A program made the translations under genes and the position numbers. This document shows positions 21,170 to 33,520 of a DNA stretch of 64,000 nt, piece by piece. Location: the NCBI GenBank assembly GCA_010093815.1, contig ML996591.1; one strand, given 5' to 3'. The stretch is from Pseudovirgaria hyperparasitica (lineage: Eukaryota). The first letter of the stretch is position 1. The number at the start of each line of letters is the position of its first letter. The notes below the pieces were generated by a model, which did no database searches, had not been told where the DNA came from, and worked only from the letters and a program-made list of their open reading frames with translations.

Positions 21170-23566
21170 TCACCCTGCTCCTCCCACGACGACGCCCCTA
21201 TTTCCTCTCGGCCCTACAAACCCTCTCCTCTGTCTACCTGTCCTGCCCCTTCCCAGCCAGTTATACTTCAGCTCCTTCGTCAACCGCTCCATCTTACTCT
21301 GCGCTTCGTCTCCACTCTGGACGCTGGCTAGTACGCTCACACATTGAAGCATCCTGCCCACTGTTTCTGTGACCTGACTTGAGTCCATCTGCGCCGGTGC
21401 TGGTTCACGTGCTCGTGGGCGTGGACTTTGTCGGCCTATACTGGCGAATGAACCTGCTGATGTATTGGACGTGGCACGTGATCGAAGTCCCAGAGAAGAC
21501 GCGTTGCTGGTTGTGTCGAGTAGTGTAGTGGACTGCGAATTGAAGCTTGAGAAGGTGGGGTCTGTCGATGCTGATGTTCCTGGACGAGGTGGTTCGGCTG
21601 AAAGGTTAGGCGTTGGCGGATGACTTGCAATACCGGCGGATAAATTTTCGAGAGATAGGCGGGAGAATATGGACATCAAAGTATCATTGCGCGGAAGGAG
21701 CACGCTATCACGGAAAGTAAGAAGCACTATGCGACGGACATCTAGCTTTTCGCCGATAGTTGGTGTGTGAGGGTCGATCGAAGATGAATTGGCATTTGAC
21801 GGGACGGCAGCCCAGAAGTCGGACGCTTCTCGGGACGTCATGAGAGGTCCACGACCTTTGAATTCGAGATCTAGAGGTAAAAAGACAGCCTGGAGAAAGG
21901 GCAGGATGGTCGTAAAGACTATGACCCACATCTCGACCAGGTTTGTTACCAACCGATCATCTGGTACATGTCTCAAGGTCTGATCCAGGGACAGAAACCC
22001 AGTCTGCAAAAGCTCCCTAAGGTCCTCGATAAGCGCTACTGGGTTTCGTTTCTGTATACACCGCCTAATATGGACTGATACAAGTCCATTGAAGTCCTCG
22101 ATCGGTGGCCTCGGATCTTCACCTTCAAATATGTGTAACAATCGGGCTTTGAGTAAAGGCCAAGCATCGTCTGGCGTGAGACCAGCTATACCAAAGACTG
22201 TGCCTAGAGCAGCCAGATCTCCAGCATACGTGAGTGTACTTGGACCCGGCGATGGTCCGGCTGACGTAGAATTACCAAGACTTGACGGTCCTACCCATTC
22301 GATACGATCTGTCTGGAAAGACTGTCCACGTTCACGAAGCATTGGATCCGCTGGATCGACACCGTAGGGTGCCAGAGCTGCCGCTTTCTCTTCTTTTTTC
22401 TTCTGACGTAATGCTCGACCGCCATGCCGTAAGTCAAGCCCGGTTGCAAATGAGCTGGTATGACTTGGAGACGCTGGATTCGGAGCAAATGAGTACAGAG
22501 GTTGCGGCATGGCAGGATCTGTGGGCTTGGAGTTACTCTTGACAGATGATAACGGCAGATCATGATATTCATCCTTCTCTTTCAACTTGTTCTTTTGGCG
22601 CGAGAGAAAATGATGTTTATGCTTTTCCTTTTCCTTCTCTGGTGCATATGACTGCACTTTATCCAGTGGTACTAGCGTTGATGTCGAGGCATTCGCAGAT
22701 GAGTAGATAGATGTTGCGCTAGACATGGATGGATCAGTAAGACTTGTTGTCGAGTTGTTCATCAGCATCCGATTCATAGCCGCATTCGCTTTGCCGGGAG
22801 AGGGTAGAGGCGGGTGTTTCCTGTCAACATCCTTGTCTCTCGATATACCAATGTTCTTTGGTTTAGAGAACAGCTTCATCTTCGACTTCTCCTTCTTCAT
22901 TTCACGCTCCTGGGGTATAGGCGGCGGGGTAGGTTCATGTGTTGCTGACAGTCCCGGGGATGGAATTGGACTCCTGGGGTACGCCGCATTGGCTGCACTT
23001 GTTGCCGCCATACGACTTCCACCAGCAAGTCCATGTTGATATTGCGAGCTTGGATTGTTTGATCGATTTGAGAAGTCAACGACTGGTACAGGAGGGGGAG
23101 GCGACATGTGTCCTTTGTTTGGCGCGTTCCGATCCGCAGGCCCAGGTATTGTCTCCGATCTCTTTCTATTGTGGTGTGCGGTTTGTGGGTGCATCGCAGC
23201 CTGTGCCGCAATCTGCGATGCGGTGAGGTTTGTCATGGCGGACGTGCTCGGCGTGCCAGACGAAAGTGTGGGTTCGAAGTATCCCTGTGAACGTTGTCGT
23301 CGGTGTGTGAAGTGTGAACCGAACGTTACAGGCGAGCCTACCACGGGAGAGACAGTACGAGAGGAATCGTTCACAGCGCGAATGAGTGGAGGCCGTGGTA
23401 AGCTGTCGGTGGACGTGTTGATAGGTGGTATATTGACTTGTCTCCCATGCAGTGTATATGGAGAACGACGCGAAGCGAGCGCGGTGGCATTTGAGGAGTC
23501 TGAGGAGGAGTCAAAAGAATCACTGTTACTGCGACGGTATGCAGGTGCTGGAGAAGAGGGAGCCAT
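21170..23566 (-). CDS. BIT61: HbrB-domain protein / TORC2 subunit Bit61-PRR5 family
   Basis: 798 aa intronless ORF; low-complexity N-terminus then AWPLLKARLLHIFEGED..PIEDFNGLV..HI, LPFLQAVFLPLD, GRMLQCVSVLASVQS. Confidence 0.82.
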   Translation of the reverse strand: MAPSSPAPAYRRSNSDSFDSSSDSSNATALASRRSPYTLHGRQVNIPPINTSTDSLPRPPLIRAVNDSSRTVSPVVGSPVTFGSHFTHRRQRSQGYFEPTLSSGTPSTSAMTNLTASQIAAQAAMHPQTAHHNRKRSETIPGPADRNAPNKGHMSPPPPVPVVDFSNRSNNPSSQYQHGLAGGSRMAATSAANAAYPRSPIPSPGLSATHEPTPPPIPQEREMKKEKSKMKLFSKPKNIGISRDKDVDRKHPPLPSPGKANAAMNRMLMNNSTTSLTDPSMSSATSIYSSANASTSTLVPLDKVQSYAPEKEKEKHKHHFLSRQKNKLKEKDEYHDLPLSSVKSNSKPTDPAMPQPLYSFAPNPASPSHTSSFATGLDLRHGGRALRQKKKEEKAAALAPYGVDPADPMLRERGQSFQTDRIEWVGPSSLGNSTSAGPSPGPSTLTYAGDLAALGTVFGIAGLTPDDAWPLLKARLLHIFEGEDPRPPIEDFNGLVSVHIRRCIQKRNPVALIEDLRELLQTGFLSLDQTLRHVPDDRLVTNLVEMWVIVFTTILPFLQAVFLPLDLEFKGRGPLMTSREASDFWAAVPSNANSSSIDPHTPTIGEKLDVRRIVLLTFRDSVLLPRNDTLMSIFSRLSLENLSAGIASHPPTPNLSAEPPRPGTSASTDPTFSSFNSQSTTLLDTTSNASSLGLRSRATSNTSAGSFASIGRQSPRPRAREPAPAQMDSSQVTETVGRMLQCVSVLASVQSGDEAQSKMERLTKELKYNWLGRGRTGRQRRGFVGPRGNRGVVVGGAG

Positions 23567-23959
23567 AACAAGACGAGTGATTGTTGGCGGAGCTAAAGCT
23601 TGCTGGGATACGTGACACGGCCGCAGGGAGGGGGGATTCGGTCCACGGTCAAAGACTTGCGGCTTCCATACACGCCGGACAATGGCCGTGACAAAATGCC
23701 CAGTGGTAACACAATTCTATCCGGCAGAAGTGAATACAAAGAGACAACGATAATTAGTAGAACTGTAGGTGTATAATCTGGAGAATGAGGGGATACCTAG
23801 ATCCGTCCATGATGTTGGAGAGTCCACTAATTACGGCTAGTTAGTAGTTCTCGGGGTTGTAGGGTGGGGACTTAGCGTCCCCCGCAACCTCGAATTGATC
23901 TTTTTCACCTTCATCCAACATCATACCATCTCTCTCCCTCAGCCCCCATTGCTTTAGCC

Positions 23960-24247
23960 ATGCCAGATCTCGAAGCGAAGTACGTTCATGTTGCCGAAGC
24001 TTCGTCATCGTCCTCGCCGAAGATATTCTGTCGTCATCTCCCCCAAGTCTCGGAAACGTCCCCTACCGAAGAACGCGTAGCGTACCTCTCTGCTCTCCGT
24101 AGCAACACCATCAAGCTTCAGGACGAGATTAATACCTTTCTGACGAACAAAATGGAACACGATAAAGCTGTGGCTGATGGCAAAGGAAACATCGATGATT
24201 CTAAGGAGGAAGAGAACTACGGTGAAGAGGTCGTTGAGGATGATTGA
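23960..24247 (+). CDS. GON7: EKC/KEOPS complex subunit Gon7
   Basis: 95 aa; YLSALRS...LQDEINTFLT.KME.DK and acidic EEENYGEE tail. Confidence 0.85.
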   Translation: MPDLEAKYVHVAEASSSSSPKIFCRHLPQVSETSPTEERVAYLSALRSNTIKLQDEINTFLTNKMEHDKAVADGKGNIDDSKEEENYGEEVVEDD

Positions 24248-25066
24248 TGAAACTTCAGTGGATGTCTGGTGCATCATAAACGACGACAGAGGATACCTCA
24301 AGCATATTATTATCAAGTCAGGTGGAAGTATGATATGTTCATAGTGCAACGTCGCAAAGAGGGGCGTATAGACTGCAAAGGTGGCCCGGTACCAGCGCCG
24401 TGGGACATAACTTCGACCGGCCGCAAAGCTCACAAATACTGGACAAGAGAATCTACGGAATCTCCCAGTAGTAATCATGAGCTCTCCAACGCACAGAGCC
24501 GCAGAATGTCTAACTTTACGCTATATGAGGCCGCCCCGCATCTATCTGAAGAGACGATAGAATGACTGTACACAAGTCTGTAGGGGTTTTCAGATCCTGG
24601 TACTCCTTATTGTCTTTTTCCCTTCGATACACCACCCAATACACCTTTGGACAAGGCCCTCATTATCCCTAAACTCGCACTCCACACAGGCGCGCTTGCA
24701 AGGCGAAGAGACCCTCTCAGCGATCTACTACGAGCCTCATATCTGATTTCGTCCACGGCTCCTTGTTTAATTGCTGATCAAGACAAATTCACATCGTGAA
24801 GGGACTCATGAAAGTGTTGACTTCTGTGGATGGACGCAGGCTGAACAATAGTGTCGCGGTGGATCGCAATGCAGCTACAAGGACATAATAGACGTTGAGA
24901 TCTATATACAAGGCGAGAAATGCAATCGAAGGACGAATACGAGCATCAGAAAATCTTAAGTCCACTTACTTCCTTTTACAACAGCTGCAGTCAAGCCTTT
25001 GCAGTATCCAAAAGCGTCGTTGAGGGCTAAGTTGCCTTCACGATTGATTATCAATGTAATTACGCG

Positions 25067-27757
25067 TCAAGCCATCTCTCGAATGACTGCTTCCTCGGCC
25101 TCGTCAATACCATTCTGTGTTGTTTTGACCAGAAGGCCTTCGCGACTGAGAAGACCCACGTCGGCTCTGATGTCTCCGTTCTCCGCGTTCTCCAGACAAC
25201 CTTTTTCGAGTATCTCAATAAAGGTTTGGAACGATCCACCGGCGCGGATCTCATCTTTGTATGCCGCAACACACCTTTCGCACAGATAAAGACCACACCC
25301 ACGTCGCATTCCAGAATCACCTCTTAGTTCGTTACCAAGATGATCAGCGTCTTTATCCGCTTCACATGCCGAAGTTGCCGCATATACATAACAGAAAGTG
25401 CAGAAATATTCGTTGTCCAGGGGCACACCGTCGAAGAGCCGGTTGATGGCATCGTCATTCCCAGCTACTGTCTTCAGGTGTTCTGACCCTTTGAGGGGTC
25501 CAATGATATGTTGATCACATTCCACGATGAATTCGCGCTGCAAAGTGCAATTTGCACACATTCTCGTTGGTTCGATGCCATTGGCAGTGTAACCGCCCTC
25601 CAGTTCTGAGTAGCCCAGGCCTGAGTCCCATTTGAGTACGTCGACGGTCTTTACTTGTCCTAGCCCTCCCAACCCATAAGTCAGATCTTGACAAAAGTTA
25701 CAGTGCGGATGCTTTAGAGTGAGCATTTCTACGGTGGAAACATCTATCCAGGGGTCTCCGACCAGCATGAAAGCCATAGGATGAGCAAATTGCGTCCTTA
25801 TTTGCGTCATTGTCCCGCTGTTTCCGTGAACGTCCATCATCCAGCACCCAGTGTCGGCGCCAGAGACCTCTGCAATCGGATAGGTTACAGTGCGAGAATC
25901 TTGAGGCTCGTCAACGAGTGTCGGACCGGAAAGGCCTCTGTACACTTGCACCGTGGAAGGGCTTGACTCCCCAATTTCTACGGTGGAGTGAGCGTGTTCA
26001 TCCTCACCTTCCAGATCTTCATTCTCTTCCTGATTTTCGCCGATTTCTTGTTCTGCATCGGTGTCTTGGTCCATGACGTCTTCACTTTCGTCCTTCTTAC
26101 CTCCTTTAATGCTTAGTTTCTTTGTTTTCAGCTTTCGCAAATTGAGAAAATCGCAAGTCGTGCCATCTTTGACGCACGTCTTGCAAGGTGGTAGATCGTC
26201 CTTGGTTTTGAGAGAACATCTTCTTTTCGCCAAGCGACAACGGGTGCACTGAATATACGTACGGTCTGCTGCAGCTGCAAGGATCATGTTCTGTAGCGAC
26301 AGCGGATTATCGACGGAAATCCTCTGCCTTCCATGGCCTGGCAGAGGTCCCGCGACGCATAAACTCGACGAAGTCACGCACTCATCACAAGGTCCCGGCT
26401 GATCTGGATTGTCTGCTAAGGAGCAGTCGTAGTCGGCTCTTTTGCAACTTTGGCAACGTTGTCTGTATTCAGGGGCGACGAGAAGTTGGCAGTCTCGCTG
26501 GTCACTTCTGGGATCATCTTCAGAGCCTGTATCCTCTGAGCTGTGTTCTGCGGGCGGACAAAGTGCGCAAGGATATGCGTTCGGGTCTTTCAGCAAAGGA
26601 CAGGCCAGGTCAAGTCTGCGACAAGTGACGCAACCTCGAGCCGCCGGGTGGTTACGAAGGTCCTCTTGATGTCGGTCAGGATCCGTCAGTGGGTCGGTGA
26701 TGACTTCATCTACATTACTTGATGATCTGTAATCTCTTGCTCGTCTTCGGCGGTGGCGCTGCTTCACCACTTGAGTCATACCCGTGCCAGAGCTTTCACC
26801 GATAGACTCGTCAACGAAAATATTCCAGGCCTCGTCATCTGGCCAATTATCCACCCAGCCCGCCAATAGCTGTTGCATTTCATATGATTCATACCTGAAG
26901 ATAACTTCGAGGTGGAGTCCCTCTTGTCTGGCCTTCAGCTTTGAAGTTGGTGCTTTGGGTCTCTGTGGAGCGTCCAGTGATTCTTCAGCATCTTCGTCTT
27001 CAGGGTCTGCGTTGACCACGAAGCCAGTGCGTGGCAGACTGATGGCCCGGCGCTTGCCATCTCTTTTCTTTGAGTGCTTGCGCCGGTTTTCTGCTCTAGG
27101 GTCGTAGTCACCACTGTTGTCATAGTCAAAAGCAGTTCTCATTGTCCGAAGAATTTTTGGGTCACGTTCCCGATAGTCATAGGCTTTTACATAGGGCGCA
27201 GGTGCCGCAGGTGGTTCAGGCGATACTGGTGTGTCGTAGCGAGTCTTTCGAAAATTCTCATTCTCTTCGTAGTAGCGCTCCCTGAACGCCATATCTTCGG
27301 CTCCATCGTCCATCGGCTCATCCTCACTCTCCATTTCTTCATCTGACAAGATCTCATCCTCTGCTCCTCTTTCTTGGTCCTCTTGGCCTTCTTCAATCAG
27401 TTCACTATCTGTAATCTCTTGGTCTTGTTTGTCTTCTTCCTCGTATTCATCCTGGAGTTCCTCAGATCTTGCTGGGCTTGAGGTGATGTCGCATCCTTCG
27501 CTTGAGTGGCCTTGTGGGCTTTGTTGAGGAACTTTGCTCGTCAGCTGCATTGGCTCAGAAATTATAGAGGATTGAATGCCTAGATCTACCAAGCCGGAGT
27601 TTTGAAGGCGCATGGAAGTCATGTTAGAACCGAGGCTGCTTGTATGTCGTGAAGTACAGTGTTGAATGCTTGGTTGGTTAGACTCCTCAAGCTGCATTGG
27701 CGTCGGGAGTGATTGTTTACGTTTCTGGTTATGAGAATCGGACCTCACTTCTGTCAC
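25067..27757 (-). CDS. Large acidic protein with three tandem Zn2Cys6-type clusters and a Cys-rich C-terminal domain (5' end uncertain, possibly ATG 28095 via introns)
   Basis: 896-codon ORF; CVTC-x6-C-x10-CALC, CQSC-x6-C-x11-CDEC-x6-C, CTRC-x6-C-x10-CKTC-x6-C; later CNFC, CANC, CTFC, GCGLYLCERC. Confidence 0.8.
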   Translation of the reverse strand: MTEVRSDSHNQKRKQSLPTPMQLEESNQPSIQHCTSRHTSSLGSNMTSMRLQNSGLVDLGIQSSIISEPMQLTSKVPQQSPQGHSSEGCDITSSPARSEELQDEYEEEDKQDQEITDSELIEEGQEDQERGAEDEILSDEEMESEDEPMDDGAEDMAFRERYYEENENFRKTRYDTPVSPEPPAAPAPYVKAYDYRERDPKILRTMRTAFDYDNSGDYDPRAENRRKHSKKRDGKRRAISLPRTGFVVNADPEDEDAEESLDAPQRPKAPTSKLKARQEGLHLEVIFRYESYEMQQLLAGWVDNWPDDEAWNIFVDESIGESSGTGMTQVVKQRHRRRRARDYRSSSNVDEVITDPLTDPDRHQEDLRNHPAARGCVTCRRLDLACPLLKDPNAYPCALCPPAEHSSEDTGSEDDPRSDQRDCQLLVAPEYRQRCQSCKRADYDCSLADNPDQPGPCDECVTSSSLCVAGPLPGHGRQRISVDNPLSLQNMILAAAADRTYIQCTRCRLAKRRCSLKTKDDLPPCKTCVKDGTTCDFLNLRKLKTKKLSIKGGKKDESEDVMDQDTDAEQEIGENQEENEDLEGEDEHAHSTVEIGESSPSTVQVYRGLSGPTLVDEPQDSRTVTYPIAEVSGADTGCWMMDVHGNSGTMTQIRTQFAHPMAFMLVGDPWIDVSTVEMLTLKHPHCNFCQDLTYGLGGLGQVKTVDVLKWDSGLGYSELEGGYTANGIEPTRMCANCTLQREFIVECDQHIIGPLKGSEHLKTVAGNDDAINRLFDGVPLDNEYFCTFCYVYAATSACEADKDADHLGNELRGDSGMRRGCGLYLCERCVAAYKDEIRAGGSFQTFIEILEKGCLENAENGDIRADVGLLSREGLLVKTTQNGIDEAEEAVIREMA

Positions 27758-30700
27758 ACCGCTGCTGTCTTGTGAGGTGGGCTGGCATAGCCCATTCCAT
27801 TGAAGTGAAGGGTCGTCATTGATCCTTGATTTGATCGACTGTTGTGACTAATATAAGAGATCAGCCTCCAAAGTTAATGCTTGGTCATCTCAGAGTGTAA
27901 ACGCGTCGCACTATTTCTCAGTGTCTCCCCATTCTTGAGATCTCCAATATCAGATTGGAGAAGCCCGAGTACTTTTCGATCATCACCCTAACTCCTAGCC
28001 CTATGCAGTCCCAGATACGTGGTATAACTTACAAATTCAAATTCAGAATCTGATGAGCGCCCCGGTGGAAAACTCCAAGTGGGACTGGGATTCATTGTAT
28101 ATCACTCGCGTGAAGCGTGTAGAGTTGAGTGAAATATATCAGTATTGGTCAAACCAGAACGTGAAAGTGAAGTCTTCTGGCTGATTTGGCGATGGGAAGC
28201 GTCAAAGCAGAAAAGAAAAAGGCAGAGCTAGGAACCAGAGAGGTGTTGGAATGAAGTGCATCTGTATAAAGCTCAGACCGGATAACCAACTTTGTGACGG
28301 ACTTGCCTTGGAAGAGGAGTGAAGTGCGATAACTTTGTAAAGGAAAGGGTGCCCAGACTCACAGAAGTACAATTATTAACGCCATTGAAGGTGTTGAGGA
28401 CTCTCTATCCAGCATAGCATAAGACGTTTAATCTACGCACGACAAGATCTTGTATCGACATCAATCTGCAGATGCTATTGCTACTCTACAAGGTATTATC
28501 TTGTTACTTCAGGTTCTCGGATTTGAGGTGAATTATCTTCCTTAAGCCATCTGTTTTGTACTATTTGTACCCGATGAGGAGTTAGCCATTAGAAATTGGT
28601 AAATGCTAGACTGAGATACAGATATTCTAGGTAATCATCCATACTCCATAGTAGTGAAATGATTATTTCACTCAAGCTGGAAGGTTTGACAAAAGTCTTT
28701 TCGAGTATACCACATATCAAGATTGACCCTGAAACTTGTGCCTGACTCGGAGACGCCAAAAAATCACTGGCAAAGTCCGTGAAATTCTGCCCAGATTCAG
28801 CGCTAGGACGATGCTCTCGAACGCCTATTTTACATCCTATCAGCTCTATGAAGCGCATATTAGCCTACGTTGTTAAAAATACTGTTAAATTTTGTTGGGC
28901 ACTGACCTAAAACACTTGAGTTTGCTGACAAAGCGAAAATAACAATTATTGCGGAGCACTATTTCTCGAACTCTTGGCCTCTTTAAAGCTCGTTAAAGGG
29001 AACATGGCCGCTGAGACAGAGTCGTGAACAGCATCTGACAATGTCTGGCCACACAGGATCTTATAGCACGCACGAAGAATGATCATGGATCTAGAACGGC
29101 AAGGGAAAAAACAAAGAGTCTGAGACGAAAATAAACAGCCTCGCCGCGGCCCTCTGGTGAGGCTAGTCTTCGTTCCGTAGCACCTTTGCAATATGACTCT
29201 ACGTCCCAAAAACACCTCACACAATGACGACAAGAGAATGAGTGACAGCCTCGATGAGATACACAGAGTAAGCAACGAGACTGGCAGAGGCAAGACCTGT
29301 GATAACGATAACAATCGATACGTACGTAGACCTGGCCTCGAATGATGAACGCCTTGACGATGCAGAACGCCATCAGGTGCAGGAGTAGGGTGCGGACGCA
29401 TGCTATCACACAAGTATAGTGCACATGGGACTTCGAATTCCGATAACTGGACCTCGATGGGACAAATTCGAGCCAGTAACCAGGCCAAGAGAAGAATGTC
29501 GTGCAACATATGCTTTCGACACCGGTACCTTCCGCGGATGTAAGATAGTAATTTCCGCGTTGTGTCTGCAAGGGACAAATGCGCTGCTGATCTTTGTTTA
29601 CGAGGATCTTTTACAAGAGGCTGATCCACGTAGTCATATGGTATCTGATCCTAGAGGCTTGAAATGCGGCTTTCTCGTCGAGCATATTCTCCTTTGGACG
29701 CCTGAGTCTAGACTCGACTATTGAAAGCCTCACCACCGCTCTACTGCCGATACAGGGGTAAGGGGTGGAGACAAATGATCACTAGACAAGACTGGCAACT
29801 TCAATGAGGAGTTTCAAGGCCTCTGAGCTGCACCGGTAAGCCAGTACTACGTACAGCAAGGATGCTTTAATCGGCCCTTTTCACACCGTTCGGACTCTGG
29901 AATCCTGATATGCCAATCAGCTTCGATATCGCATCAAGCATAAGGTGAGTGATTTTGGTTGGGCCTTTGTAGGTTCTCTTGTGGACTTTTGATGCATTTC
30001 CGTATTCTAACATCAAATGCTGTGTCCATTTGCAGAATGCTGTCTTTCAGTATGTGCTTTACAAGGCCCCCACATCTATTGTAAGAGCTAGGAGTTGACT
30101 CCGAGATTATTACAGGCAGGTGCCATTCACGCAAGCTCACCATGCTTCGGTCCCAACTTCCATGGATACTAGGGTCTTTCAATAGTGACTGCTCCACAAA
30201 TCTCATGAATGTGTACCAGAGACACGGAGGCGGGTCCTTTCGTTTCGATATCATGATAGCTTTCGACATGCCTACGTCTCTGACTTTAAATATCAGAATT
30301 CTCCCGTGTAGTAGATCTTATAGTACCAATTGATTGGACACATCCAACGCAATCATAAGCAGCTATTCTTGTGATTTCGCAGCTCTGGTCAGGTAACAAT
30401 CGACACCGAGAAATGTTAGGACGTCAATCCCGAAGCCTGTAACGATAGAGGGACCATGCAAGGACTCGATCCGGAAAACGAATACCGGGTCGCACCACGC
30501 AGCCCCTGTCGAATGGATGCGCAATATAACAGTCGGGCCGTTTCTAGATGAAAGGAGCTATACGGTAAGTAGAGAAGGCCTAGGATGTGTGAATGGTAAC
30601 ATGTTAAGGAGAGGGGGAAGAGGCTATCAATAGTCTACAACAGCAGCCACGAGGTTTTACAGTCGGTCATTGGAGCGGCTGTATATTTCCCATCAAGACA

Positions 30701-31087
30701 ATGCTGTCGGATCGACAGCGGAAAGGTGATTGTGATTATCGAAATGCTGCGACAAACTTAGCGGTGTAGACTGTGTTGCGTGGTATGCCCTTCTGGAATA
30801 TTGAACTTCAATGCTTTACATCATTATTGTAATAATTCTACAGCTGAATATGCTTATTAGATCAAATCATCGCTATTGTCTTCCAAGCCCAACCGTGACC
30901 TGACTTCCAGTGTCATTTGCTACCTATATGCAACACATGCAGTCTAATAGCACACGATAAGAAACATAATCCACCATCCGATTGCGCCATAAATGCGTTT
31001 AGATAACAGTGGTCTCGAGCCAGTATGTGGCGAGATCGGGTATATGCGAAAGCGAATCCTCATGCTCTACCTCGTTTAAAATCAATT

Positions 31088-31842
31088 TTACAGCATTTCG
31101 AACGTCATGGCGAACAGAAGAATTGTTCCTGCCAAGAAAGGGTTATTGGTAGATCTGTGATCAGCACCGTTGGCCGTAGGTGCTGGTGCTACCCAGTCTG
31201 GAGGTGGCCACGAGCTGGTAGCACCACCTGTTATCGACTCAGTGGGCAAGTCCGAGGACAATGCTGTTGAGGTAGCAGTAGTAAATGAACTTGGCACTAT
31301 CGTATAGGAAGTCGACCACAAGGTTGACTGCACCGTGGAATGTACGCTTTCTCCTCGAGAAGACGTCACGGTAGGTTCGGAAACAGACAGAGGATCACTC
31401 GAAGTAGACGATGGATCAAGCCTCGAGGTGATAAATTCTGTGGTGAATGTAGCAGAAGTTGGTGCTATTCCAGGAATCACAGCGGTGCTAGGCCAGTCGC
31501 ATGGCCAACAGGTAGCCACATCGCTACTTCGAATGGTTTTAAGCGCAGGTAAAAGCGCTGATAGCGCGTTTGGGGTTGACAAGGGAGGAATTGGAAGAGG
31601 TTGTGTGGGATCTCCGAGATCCTTCTGTACAGCAGAGATGACAAGTATCTCTGTGTTATGTGGAGTGGCCACTATCGGATAGGACAGGGTTGGTGTGGTT
31701 GCTGTGATCGTCAGTGGATGAGCAATTGAAACTCTAATCAGAACGAACCATTAGCGAAGTATGGTGATACATTTACACCATGTACAATCTTTACAAGTGC
31801 ACCTACTGCGAGCCATATATATGTTCGCGCAGAAATGAGCAT
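31088..31842 (-). CDS. Probable Ser/Thr/Pro-rich GPI-anchored cell-surface protein (splice junction of first intron uncertain)
   Basis: Signal-like MLISARTYIWLAVGALVKIVHG from ATG 31842; S/T-rich main exon open 31750-31088 ending in hydrophobic tail PFLAGTILLFAMTFEML. Confidence 0.55.
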
Positions 31843-33520
31843 GGTGTATTATCAGGAGCAGGCTGTCCCGGAGTGTTAGGACTTTTAGCGATGGATTTGT
31901 CGGGGACAGTGATGGCTGAAAATATCCGTATATGATGATAGGAAAGTCGGAAAATAGTGGAAATGAAGTTTTTACCAGAGCATATTCATTTGTAACAGTC
32001 TTTTACCGTTTACTGACCGCGGTGGCTGGGTAAAGCGGTGGCTGGCTAGCCTCACCGAGTGGCAGGCAAACAGCGTTATAGATCATCTCTGATTTTAGCT
32101 TCTCAAATACCATAGCATGAGAATCTTCTGAGTCCATCGCAGATATGATCTGAATTGATGTTTTACTTGGATGTAGGCTATTCATGCGATCATAAGTACA
32201 AATGTCCACACAAAAGCGTCCGTGCGCAAACTAGCCACACGTGACATACTAGCGCGCACGTGACTCTTTCCTAGGAACAAACAAGTTTCAAGAGAATGAC
32301 GAAAGGAACCACACTATGTTTATCTCAGGTATACAACCCTCACCTACGGAACGTCTTGAGTGGTAGTGAATCTGTCACCTTTGTTTACACTGAAGTGTTC
32401 CTCTAGAAAGACTGTACGATGAACAACTGCGAATACATCCTACTTAGTATTGCCTGCATGCCTTGCAGGTTGCTCCCGCATAACACAAAAATCCCTGTCG
32501 GTACTCAGCGCGCAACTTGGGCGTGCACCAAATAAAAGTCAAGCTGCTTGCTGTTGAGGAATAACGCTATAACCGATTGCTCACAGAGACTCGCGCTGGT
32601 ATTGGGGGACCCCATTTTCAGCTTCGTACAAATAAGGCTTCTGGTCCTCTACCGAATCTGTTCTTCATCGCCCGAAGCGTTCTCGACTTGGTATCGGGGT
32701 ACTAATAATCATATCGGCTGGAGCAATCCTCTTATCATCCACTCGAGGTCATTTTGGTACTTATTAAACTCCTGAAGAACGGAGCTGACCAATGCCGCAT
32801 TTCCTGGAGTCTGGTCAAGGTTTGGTATGATGTTTCAGGCAGCTGACGGAAACATATGATTGAACCAGTCTTTGGTTCTGATGCAAGCCAGCCTATTGTA
32901 CCCACCCGAGTCGCGAAACGACACGACCGCGCGCGAGTCATAATTCAGTGGAGTGAGCCTCTGCCTGGCGAGGTGATAGGGTGTGACCAGGAGATGGTTG
33001 CGCGGTTGCAAGGGAACCTTCGACATCTCTGCGAGGGCATGTAATTCGGACCGAAAACAATGTCGTCATTAGACATCCATATCCAGTTGGAGGCTCAGGG
33101 TCCTCGTCGACGAAGTATATCTTCAATTGCAGCAACCACCAGAGAGCCACTGTATGGCAGGCAAGCGTATGGCGAATCCGCGTTCGTAGAGGGAAATATA
33201 GCAAATGAGTCACAATCATCTATACCAGGGCCTATTCGTCTCTTGCAGGCATAAAATACGACTTCAACACACATATTCGTGTGTCTTTGTATTCATTCCA
33301 TTCCGAGGGCCACTGCACTTGACAGTACCCCCGAGGGCTAGAATTGCACCGTAAACCCTGTCCTTGCTTGACATGTCGTCACATATACTTGACAGCTCCT
33401 CCCTCATAAAGACGACCACGTCTACTGTCACGTTGTGTTCCATTTCCCAACAATCGGACCCTTCAGCCATACATTCTGTCTCGATAGGCAGTACTACGCT
33501 ATCAAATACGCACTCAAGCA

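Noticed and set aside
28946..30333. Several 60-230 aa ORFs in the gap after the triple-C6 gene
   Set aside because: Overlapping, no recognisable domain or coherent splice model; a decayed gene cannot be excluded.
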